Part shown: positions 12,139 to 22,600 of the stretch, piece after piece
Layout of the letters: every line of letters begins with the position of its first letter
Position numbering within the stretch: the stretch's first letter is position 1
Assembly (NCBI GenBank): GCA_032718475.1
Contig: JAUCBJ010001273.1
Location: 1-61,147 of the forward strand
DNA length: 61,147 nucleotides
Direction of reading: 5' to 3'
Origin: Nemertoderma westbladi
Lineage: Eukaryota; Animalia; Xenacoelomorpha
The notes under the pieces: generated by a model
The model's input: the letters and a program-made list of their open reading frames with translations, nothing else
Database searches by the model: none
Told to the model about the DNA's origin: nothing
Position numbers and translations under genes: made by a program

Positions 12139-15100
12139 CTTGATTAATAATACCTATAGTATAAGTATAATAAATAATACTTAATCAATAATACTCCTAC
12201 TAATACGTGTTAATTTTAACTAATAAGATACTATTGCTTTTCGACCCTACATGCCAAAACCGACCGTATTGTATTGTCATTGTATCTTGTTGCTCTTAAT
12301 TTGTGTGTTATTTTAATTAATTTGATGTTGCTAGACCATTTTACCAATAATAGCCACCAGGGCGTAAGCCGGATGTTTAAATTAAATGTACTCACAAACC
12401 TTTCTGGGGTGTAAATTAAACTGCACTGTGAATAAGTCATTCAACGAAATATACTGGATCTCAGAGAACTTAGAATGGTTTTGTTTCGTTAGTTCACAAT
12501 CTAATAAGAAGTGGGTTTCATCTTGTAGGCTAATTTTATTACACCGTAATGTTAATACATGTTTTTGATTATTGTGAAATTGAATTGGCTAATTATTTTA
12601 AATCTGGTAATTTCGAATAGTTACACAAATAATTTTATAATGTAATTTTAATTAGTAGTTGATTATTAGTTAAAGTTGTGTAAAAGAAACTATCACCAGT
12701 CCAACAGCTAATATATACCAAACATTTATCTGCTTTGATTTGGCCTTTACTCTTTGTCCCAGAATGATGAGCAATTTTGGTTGCGCCACTGACATCCGCT
12801 ATTGCATGGTCATTTTCTTGAGTCTCTGTATGAGGTGATGACAAGTTATCGGCGACCTCCCACATTGAATCAGGTGAAAAATCATCAAAAATAACTTTTA
12901 CTACTTCAGTATTCGATAGGCTGTTGTAAATCATACAGGAACCGTCGATAAATCCGACAAGAATATCGTCACCGTTAATTGAACTTTTTTGAAAATCTTT
13001 TTTCTTAAACGTTGATACTCGTATAGTACTTCCGTTGCCTTCAATGATATCGGTGCTGTACATTGATTGTTTGAAGACGTAGTATACACTATTGGCTAGA
13101 GTACCAACCAGCCAATCGCTTTCCAGAATAATGGGATTATCCTGATCATCATCAGTTATATCAAAAACATAAATCCGTCGATTTCTGGTTTCAATGATCA
13201 GTTTCCAGTCAATCTAAGAAGTAAATATAATAACTAGAAAAGCCAGCAAGTTGGATTACCATAAAAACGTAATAACGAAACTGGCGAAAAAACAAAAAGG
13301 ACACGAAACTATATCTGATCCGGATCGAATCCAGTACATTCACATCATAAGGCTGACGCTTTATCGAGTGAGCATAAATTAATTTATGGTCGACCAAATA
13401 TTAATTTATGGTCGTCCAAAAATTAATTTATGGTCGACCAAACATTAATTTATGATCATCCAAAAATTAATTTATGGAAATTTGAATTTCCCGTTGGCTT
13501 GTAGGGCGAGGCTGCTGCTAAGCCCCAAAATTTAGTGGGTCAGTTCTTTCTCTTAGACGGAATCCCTGAAACAATATGTCTAGCGCGTCGAAAGTACTTG
13601 TCCCTAACTAAAATTATGTCCTCTTTCAGATTATACAAATAAAAATTCAATATCTCAAGTAGTTTTCGGGATATGAGGAGTTCCTTGCACACATACCATA
13701 GCACAACACTTTTCGGGACTGATAAAATTACTCAATATACATCACACTTCAAAGACTTTGGTATAACCATTAAACCAATCTAAGCTTTTTGGTTTGCTGA
13801 ATTCATTATTAGTAATCGAAAGCAAGATTAAAAGCAAAATTTCCATTCCTTCTACTTCAGTTACTGAGTATCTATATATGTTGTGGAGTTTCACATCAAT
13901 CGCCATAAATTCTGATAATTTCATTCAGAAAGACTTCTAAAAATGCAATGACGAAATGGTAGTGTACTTTGGGGTTCTTTATAAATCAATACTGAAAACA
14001 AAAAAAATAATTCAGCAGACTTAGGAACTGACATACTAGCATTAGACTGCTACCATAGAAAGTCAATGTCTACCTTTGTACTAACCGTTTCTATGCGAGT
14101 TATTGACGTCTCATTAATAGTTGTGAATTTTTCAATACATTTTGACATGTCCCTGCGATCGCAGCAATAAACACCTCCTGTAACTGAACCAAGGTAAAGC
14201 CAATGTGTTGACACATGAAGACAATTGAATACTTCATTGTTTGGCTGAGTTGTTGATATAATCTCAAGAGTTTCTGCTTGTATGACTGTTATTGTTGATG
14301 CTTTCCTCTTGTTTGTCAGGATAACCAACTCTGTGTTATTGTTTGAAAGCTTCATATCCTTTGCAATATCGGAGAGCAAATCCAATCGTCTCAAAAACTG
14401 CAAATCGGAATGCGTATATACACAGACACCTCGAACCGACAATGTGTACACATTGTGCCCATCACTAACAACTTTTTTTGGTATATCGTTAGTAAACACA
14501 GAACATTTATACAAATTCTCCCCTTTTATTGGTAGGTAATTGTGTTTGCCTGATAAATAAGGCGCTAATTTGTGTACTATAGATGCTCTACTCATGGTTG
14601 TAACCTTGTTTTGGTAGAATTTTGAGAAACAAAATATTCTTAAAGATTTTACTGTTTCTTTGAGGTTGTTGTAATTATTGGAAAACCTACGCTTAAAACT
14701 GGCGATCACCCCTGTTGTCTTCATTGCAGTAACAACTTGCATTTCCATCAATTCTTTTAATGCGAATATAATATATTTAGAACATATATTCACATCATCG
14801 TATATTGAGAGAGTAGCAAAGAGACCCAATTCAACAGCCTTAACTCTATCATAAGGTGAAGGGGCTACCCCAACAGCCATATCAGCGTACTCTTTAGCTT
14901 TCTTTAAATGTTCCAAAGCAACGGCTCTGTCATCTTCAGCCAGCATTACTGCTTGCTGTAAATTAAGATATCCAGCTTTTAACTCCTTCAGACGTAGTGC
15001 ATCTACTCCTTCTTGGAGTTTTCGTACTTCTCCAAGGATAATGTCACGTAGTTGGTGGTCAACAACATCCCCTTCTTTTAGTTTCTCGGCAAGTGATTCT

Positions 15101-15360
15101 TTAACAAATACAACAATCAGGCCAAACGTAATTTTTCCAGCAAGAATGAAGGAATCTCCCATTAAGTATTATTACCAAATTATAATTACAAATTGTACAA
15201 ATATTTATAATAGTTACTTTTACTTAAAGAACCCGATATTGTAAGGAATGGGATAAGGAATGTTATGTTTTTGGATATAGGAAAAGCTTATATTTAAACT
15301 ATTTTTCGAGTCAGGCGAAAGTTTATTTAAAACTTAAGTTTTACATTTATGGTTTGTTGT
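12139..15360. repeat. Segmental duplication copy B (partner about 412-4171)
   Basis: Same orientation as copy A, offset about 11.7 kb at the left edge and about 11.2 kb at the right edge. Confidence 0.95.
12635..15162 (-). CDS. Intact two-exon gene, 551 aa: N-terminal helical domain + C-terminal beta-propeller-like (WD40/NHL-like) domain; exons 15162-14086 and 13213-12635
   Basis: Donor ACG|GTTAGT at 14086/14085 and acceptor TTACTTCTTAG|ATT at 13214/13213 join in phase 0 (..ITRIET|IDWKLIIETRNRRIYVFD..). This fuses track ORFs 14050-15162 and 12635-13063. Propeller-like strands: VSTHWLYLGSVTGGVYCCD and GDDILVGFIDGSCMIYN. Both splice sites are conserved in copy A. Confidence 0.8.
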
Positions 15361-15487
15361 GTTTATTTAGTGACTAACAAATAGATATACCTGGTTGTAC
15401 TGTATCTCTTTTTGTCGAGTAGCTGAAACTCATTTGTGGGAAAACTCTCACAGAGTAATTTAAATGCTAATATGTATTACTTTAATT

Positions 15488-15740
15488 ATACAATCTCTTA
15501 GCTCCATATTAAATGTGCGGTATCTTGATGATGGCAACATCATCAACTTACTAGATACGTGTTTAAACGGACCTCCGGCGGATCATCAAGGAGGACCATC
15601 AAGGAGGATCTCTTATAAATCTGTCTAGCAATGAATGCCCCAGCTGACCTTCTTTTTCCGGGCTTCACCGGCCCCGATCCTCCGGGGCAGTAACCTAGTG
15701 CTATGTCAATGACCAGTCTTGGGGTCTTGGGATTCTTAAG
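15488..15740 (+). mobile_element. Short decayed reverse transcriptase fragment (CRE-like)
   Basis: IQSLSSILNVRYLDDGNI, then after a frameshift DLRRIIKE..GSLINLSSNE, which resembles the YLDDG..GLxLNxxKCE region. Confidence 0.5.
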
Positions 15741-15867
15741 TCTGATTTATCAACAGACAAGAAAAATTATTATGTAATTTTGTATGTCCCTATGTAGCCT
15801 ATCTTTTATATAGCCTACTCTGTAACCTGTTTCTTTCCTTCAATATATTCATATAACTTATTCGTTA

Positions 15868-16493
15868 CTTCGAATACGTAACGGAAAGGCATGGGCAGCC
15901 TTGAACAGGCTTTCCAGGATTTGGAAGTCACCGAGAATTAATCGGAAACTTAAGGTTCGATTATTTAGAGCAGCAGTAGTTCCAGTACTCCTCTATGGGA
16001 GGGAGTCCATGCTGGGCTCTAACTGCTGAGGACACCAAATCTCTGGATGGCACATTCACGAGAATGCTACGCCGGGTTCACTGTGCCAAGTACAATGCAC
16101 ACTTCTCCAACCAGAACACTATATACCATTGGATGTGTCTCATTAGTTCCTCCAAGCTTGACACTAGAACAAAATCGCCTCCGCTTTGCAGGACATTGCT
16201 TTCGCCGTGAGGGACAGCCAGTGCATAATCTTGTGCTTTGGCAGCCTCATGGAGTGAATAAACATGGTGGACAGCCCATGACTTTCTTGAGACGCATCTT
16301 AAAGGACACTGGCCTTGAAGATGTGGATAAACTTGTGAAAGTCATTGGGGATAGGGAGTTGTGGAAGTATTCTTAATGCACGCGGCATTGGGCATGACAA
16401 TTGTGGATTGTATGGTTGTGGAAAAAATAATTTTCTAAGCCAGCATAGCATGTGCAGCTTCAATGCAGCAGGCCGATTATAACATTAGTAGTA
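15868..16493 (+). mobile_element. 5'-truncated RTE-like LINE fragment (same family as 2344-2891)
   Basis: GKAWAALNRLSRIWKSPRINRKLKVRLFRAAVVPVLLYG..RLRFAGHCFRR, frameshifted. The rearranged 3' tail GCAGCTTCAATGCAGCAGGCCGAT..TAGTAGTA matches the family tail. Confidence 0.85.
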
Positions 16494-17470
16494 AAATCCG
16501 TTGGAATCGAATTTTATCCTGTGACTATAAACCAATACAAAAACGTGTCTTTGATTTTCATTTTCAATATGTAAATAATACTAGTTGGTACAATGTAGAC
16601 TTGGTAGATGTTTATTGTGATCTAAAAAATTCCGATATTCCTTTACTCGATAATAAGTGTTGGGAATATTTTTCTGGTCTGTTGTGTTCTAAACTTCAGG
16701 TTAAAAATATAAACTACGTACATATAGAGTATTTGAATCTCAATTTGGATCGCAAAGTTATGTCAAATCTAGAACGATTTTTCGTGGAGAGCGGTCGGTA
16801 ATGGTTCAGTTTCGATGCGGGGTTTTGCCCCTAGCAATCGAGATAGGTCGTTTTTCGAGTAAAACAGTTACAATTTTGTGTAATTGTACTTTTTGGCTAG
16901 ATGAATCTTACCCGATGATATGTTTAATTTAGATGACTTATCAAAATTAAAATTTCTCATGTTCAATACTAATCAAATGAATTCTGCACGTCTTATTGCC
17001 AAATTATTCAGAATTACAAGAAGTAACATTATAAATTAGTTAGTTAAGGTAGTTGTATAACCCGGGGGGCGCAGTGCCCATGACATTAAATCAATCAATC
17101 AGTAGAATTTACAATGTGACAGTCACTTTGATACAAATAGAAATAGTTTAGCAGTAGCTTTTTAAGTAAAGTGTATAATATGCCTAAATTAAATTATTTT
17201 AAATAATTTACATTGTTTGTAAAATGACATTGTCGCCTGTAAAGCAATTGCACGTTTTAGGTTAAGTTCCATTTTATATAGTACAGTAGTACTTGTTTAG
17301 AGTTATAAAAACATTACTTATTATCTATTGGATAGGATATACAATTCCAATGTCATAGGCCTATCTAATATGCCTTCCTCTCCTCAAGTATAATGTGCTA
17401 GAGTACGTACCTTACAGTAATGCTGATATTTTGGAATAAAATTTTAGTATATGTGTTTATTAAATAATAA

Positions 17471-17827
17471 TTACACAATTTGAGATCCCCCGGTATAAAT
17501 GATCCAAATTACAAAACATACAAAACCTATAAAAAGTGCTATCACTGTTGCAAGAAAACATTTCAGCATTTTCTCGTAGTCTATGCTTTTTTTATCTTGG
17601 CTTCGATTTTTTCGTCGGCAGCAACAAAATGAGTTGTGGCGATTATTAATCGAGTTGTTGGTCTGCTGAGGTAGACAAGGTACTGTTTCTATGGACAACG
17701 ACATCATCTCGAAATCTGAGCCAACATCGTTGGAGACTCGATGCGGGCGAGGCAACGAGAAACTGACGGTAGATCGGGAGTTGGCTCGGACTCGCTCCAC
17801 ATCGCCTACTGAATACTCCTCGTGCAT
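17471..17827 (-). CDS. Candidate small C-terminally anchored membrane protein (118 aa from ATG 17827; may be a terminal exon)
   Basis: A GC-elevated ORF in AT-rich flanks. Ser/Arg-rich N-terminal part, FCCCRRK, then a hydrophobic segment of about 22 aa (CFLATVIALFIGFVCFVIWIIY) ending 7 aa before the stop. No homolog recognised. Confidence 0.5.
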   Translation of the reverse strand: MHEEYSVGDVERVRANSRSTVSFSLPRPHRVSNDVGSDFEMMSLSIETVPCLPQQTNNSINNRHNSFCCCRRKNRSQDKKSIDYEKMLKCFLATVIALFIGFVCFVIWIIYTGGSQIV

Positions 17828-18728
17828 CTTTAATAACAAAACAAAAACAATCCATAAATAATATATTATTGTCGTCTTTAATGAATAGTATAGTTAGCAG
17901 TTAAATAGTTATTATTTGTTTTAAATAATACAAAATCGTAGCAACTATACTGTAGCACTAGATATTTTTATTCAAATAAGTATAATAGTTCATTAGCCAC
18001 AGATATTTCAATTTCTTGATTTCGCAATTTCAATTAGCCATCTGTAGATTTAATTGTGGCAGCGTTGTTTTGGGTTCTAAAAGTGAATTTGATTTCATGA
18101 CATCAAACCATCGGTTTATAAAATGAAATAAAGTTAAAAAAATTATGAAATTATGAAATAAAATGTTAAAATGTCATTGAAATTATTGTAAGCTTTATGT
18201 GCGATATACCAATTGTGACGTCCAATGAAATTAAAATTTACGTTCGGTGCGATATATCATTGAGATTAATTACTTCCCTGCATGGGGTTTTCCATTGGCC
18301 AATTCATCAACGAATTTTAATGTGATTGGTTCTCAAAAGAGTTCGTAGTAATCCTCTGGGAAGCTTGTGTACCGCGGTAATTTATCACGCGGATTTACCT
18401 TTGTGATACATTCCTTGAAACCTTTTGTGACATTGTCAAAAACCCGGAGTGTATCTGGGAACACTTCATATTATGTAGATGGGAATCGGAAATGGAAAGG
18501 ACTCCCCCCCACCCCCCTTAGGCACGGGTTGAATGTAGGAAATACTGAAGATACGTCAGTCTATCTGAAGCTTCACAATTCCTTTGTTAGTTTTGGCGAG
18601 TAATATGTAAAGTATTGAATTAAGCGTCGGGGTTAACGAAAAAATTGAATTTGCTAAATAGTTGTCTACTGGCGTTTACGGGAAAAAATAAATATATATT
18701 TTATATTTATTTATTTTCGAGACATGAT

Positions 18729-18930
18729 AGGACTATATAGACGGAAATCCAATTTCAGCGTATTAATATCTACATTAAGGGAAATGAGCAGGTTACAGTG
18801 TGGTATGTAACCAAAACAATAAATGGTAGACAATAGCCCAGGTTACAGTTCATCTTTGTTGCTCGTAATCAGCTGCTATTTTGGTCGATATCCCCGGAGA
18901 TATGTTCAATTTCGTTTGCGTCTAGAATCC
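18729..18930. mobile_element. Degenerate MITE related to 31477-31982
   Basis: Imperfect termini GGACTATATAGACGGAAA / TTTGCGTCTAGAATCC. Shares internal blocks GAGCAGGTTACAG..AACCAAAACAATAAAT and CAGGTTACAGTT..TAATCAGCTG with the 31.5-kb element. Confidence 0.5.
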
Positions 18931-19289
18931 GCCACTCAACACCTTGTCTTTCCGCCATATGAGAGGCAGTAGGTTTGTTCCCAGACTCATACTATTTACA
19001 ACCATGCATACTAATGGTTCTCATGTGCAACTCAAACTTCATTTAGGTTACATTTTTCCGTTGCTAGTTTAGTAAATTACAACTTTTTGCTGTTTAACAT
19101 ATTCCAATTTGAATTGAAAATTTAAAAACTTCCCAACTCTCAATTTCATATCAAGTAAAGATTGCGTATCATCGAAGTTGGTCAGACGGTCGGCAACTTG
19201 GGTGTGGAATTTTCCCTTCCTTATATGTCCATCGGTCAAAGTGTAATAATACAAGCGCTGTGTGCGTTCATTAGAGTACCTCGGTTGTT

Positions 19290-19575
19290 ACCTTATCTGG
19301 GCAAATATTTCGGAACATAGCGCATCACCTTCTGATAAGCAGGGATGGTGGGGGTCTATGACCCTCTGAGGGGAAGGTTATGTCAACGGCTCTATGCGGA
19401 AATAGTGAGCTGAGTGGCGTTGCTTAATGGAAGATAAAATCATTGCGAAATATTGTGTCATCTTTAGATAAAGTCATTGTCTTATGGGGATCAGTCATGT
19501 GACTCAGACAACCTTTGTACACCGCTGCAGTCATTTCCTTTAAAAATGGGCTGACTGGTCAGGAAACTTCATTGT
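19290..19575 (+). promoter_or_regulatory. Putative promoter of the lipid transfer protein gene
   Basis: Four WGATAA sites (19293, 19333, 19432, 19466), a C/EBP-like ATTGCGAAAT (about 19442) and TGACTCA (19500). A TATA-like TTTAAAAA at 19539 lies about 32 nt upstream of an Inr-like TCATT (19569). The ATG is at 19680. Confidence 0.45.
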
Positions 19576-19679
19576 TTCACCATTATTTTACTTATTTTCA
19601 ATTGAAAGTTTAATTATTTTTCGCAATAAATTGGCTACACCAACCCGCAACCAATATTCGTTATTTTCTAATCTCCGTT

Positions 19680-22600
19680 ATGGGGACCACACGGCTATTA
19701 ATTGTATTAGCCGTTATAGGCTGTGCCTTAGCTGGAAGTCTACAGCGTTCAGCTATTTCTAGGTGCACAACACAATGCGAAAGTAAGTTAATTATCCCAT
19801 TATAATATTATGAATGTGGAGAATGTATAGAGATGTTGAGTACAGTTGGCCTGTAGTGTATGACCGATTAGCCCATATGATTGATTGTTGTGCATGTGGT
19901 GTAAGTAGTTTCGTGGGGCGAACATATTTTTATGGTTGAGTGACTTTAGATCTCTGGGGTCTTACATCCAAGTAACCAAAGAAACCTAACCCACCAGTTA
20001 ACAAATGCGTGTACGTGCGCATTCGTTTTTAATTTCCTAAAATGGCACAAATGTGGGATCTAAATATAACATATTTGTTTATATGGGGGTGTTGGGGGTG
20101 GGTCTTCTACAGTACATGAACATCAGCACAATGCCTGAACTGATTTATGTTTTCAGGAAGTTCAGCAATAGAATACAGTAAACGGAAGACGTATTCATAC
20201 TCATATACTGCCGAGACAGAGACAAAGATTACCGGTATCACAGACGAATCTACCGGGCTGCTAATCAACGCGAACGTTGAAATCATTTCAACAGACAGTT
20301 GCGAACATATTTTACAGGTAATTTATTTGTTGATATTTACGAACCGAACATACAGATCAAGTATGTACTAATAATAATGTATGTAAGTATAGCAGTACTA
20401 TTCACTTACAGGATTAAGTAACAATGAATAACTGCAATCAGTTAGTTTTCTTGAAGAACTTAGTACCGGTCCGGTATCTGTATTGCAGTACTATTTGCAT
20501 TCTAGTTGAGCAAGGTGAAACTTAGCAGTCGGGACGGTAGACAAGTAACCAACAGTGATGGATTCCAGAAGTCTTTGGAACGATATCCCCTTCGGTTTGG
20601 TTACCATGATGGAGAAATTCGCGAGGTCTGTTACAGCGAAACCGACCCTGTCTGGGTCATCAACATCAAACGCGGTATCATATCCTCCTTACAGAACAAT
20701 TATCTAAGAGACACAGCTACACAAAATATTTTGGAGGTACGACTATATAATTTACTATGATATTTGTGGTATATTTGTGTGCACAATCCTTACTTTTTGT
20801 TGTTGTATCGCATATTGTTTTGTTTATTTCTATTGTTATCTTTCCAATCGCATTGTATTATTCTTGTTGGTAAAGTTAAACTTTCTCACATGTTTTCACA
20901 GTCTTCCATATTACTAATTGATTTAAACGGAAACGGTTTATATGTTGAATATAAACATACACCATAATCTAAATTGATTTGTACAGTATATTTCATTTTT
21001 GGACATATTTCTACAGTATTTAACTTTTTTTTAATTATTCTTTAAGTTTTGTTTTTCTAAGTTTTGTTATCTAATCCCTGTTAACTACATAATGTTAAGT
21101 TGCTAATAATAAATGTTTCTGCTTTGTGTTATTAGGTTGATGTGACTGGTAGTTGTCCCACTCTGTATTCCACCAACGATGGTATCACCGTTACTAAAGA
21201 GAAAGACTTCGCTAATTGCAAAGAAAGATCCCATATAGAGAGCAGCTTCTTTGTTCCAATGGAATCCTACTTTGTGGAATCGGTGAGTCTATTTTATTAT
21301 TTCATTAAAACGTTATGATTTAAAATTCACTTGTCGCTGGAATATTTGTTTTAAGAAAGTTTATACAACCAATTAACTATCATATTTTTAGACACAACAA
21401 GGCGTTGTTGAATCAACACAAGTGTGTACACAAGAGGTTCGAGACAGGTTCGTTCAACAATCGCAATGTACAGAGACCCATCTCCTCAGACCCTTCAGCA
21501 ATAGCTCCAGTGGGGCCCAGACCACGGTCTTACAGACACTTAGTTTCATAACAACTAGAGATGGAGTCACAGAAACCCGTGAGTTGTTTGAATTCGTTAC
21601 ATTTATATAAAATTAAAATTATCAGATTCAGATATTTATTGTTCTTTTGTACTTTCCCAATCCATTCTTAAACTTATTGTGTTTAACGCTATGCAATATC
21701 GCGGTAGTCAGTTGTACCTTTTAGTTTAGTCCTGCTCAGTTCATTTCAATGCTTTATATTTTGGTTTAGTATTTTTTTGATGGTCTAAGTTGCTCATCTC
21801 CAATATTATTCACGGTAATACCATTTATTTTCTACTAATTTATAATTATTTATTGATTAACTATTTAGCAATTCCGGACATGACAACTTCCACGTTGATC
21901 TACGAACAACCCCAGCAAACAACCAGCCAATCAACAGCCGTAAATTCAGTCACCGACGCCCTGATTAGGGTCTGCACCAATCACGACGTTCGACCTGAGA
22001 CTCCCAAGATGTTTAGCGATATGGTCGCCTCCATGAGACACCTCAACACTCAGCAGATAGAAGTGATCCATAGTGACATCCAGACAGGGAAACTTTGTCA
22101 GGAAAACCAGTGGTTGTTAAAGTTAGTACATTTTATAGTAATATAATGTATTACATATTTTGACCCGGTTTCTCAGAACTCACTTAACTAAATTTCGGCA
22201 CTTAAACTAACTGTTTTGTTTCTAAGTGCCCCCTTAAATTTATTTGCAGTTTCTCAAAAGTTAAATAACCATTTAAAGTTTCACATTTAAGGGAGAACTT
22301 AAGTAACCCTGGGAGGTACCTTATCGTGCCACTTAAGTCTTAAGTAAATAAAAAAAATGCAGTTTGTTATGTTAGGCGTTTGTTCCAGTAGTTATAAATA
22401 GGCATTGACGAAAATTGAGAGTAAACATCATCAAACTCAATCCACTACAAGTCAGATTGTGGCGTACATTGATCGTAAGTGAAAATAATGATCTTCAGCG
22501 CAAATTGACCGTAAATGAAATAATGTATAGTTTAATGTTTTGGTTAGAAAACACCGTCACTGTAACCTGCTCCTTTCCTTTAATGTTTCCCTTAATAAAA

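Noticed and set aside
13742-13924. 60-aa ORF (and its twin 2010-2192) as an extra exon
   Set aside because: The nearby acceptor at about 13992 leads to stops in all frames. The direct 14086 to 13213 splice gives an intact protein.
16463-16801. 112-aa ORF
   Set aside because: Its ATG and first codons lie in the RTE 3' tail. The remaining about 100 open codons have no recognisable motif, so a gene fragment is possible but unsupported.
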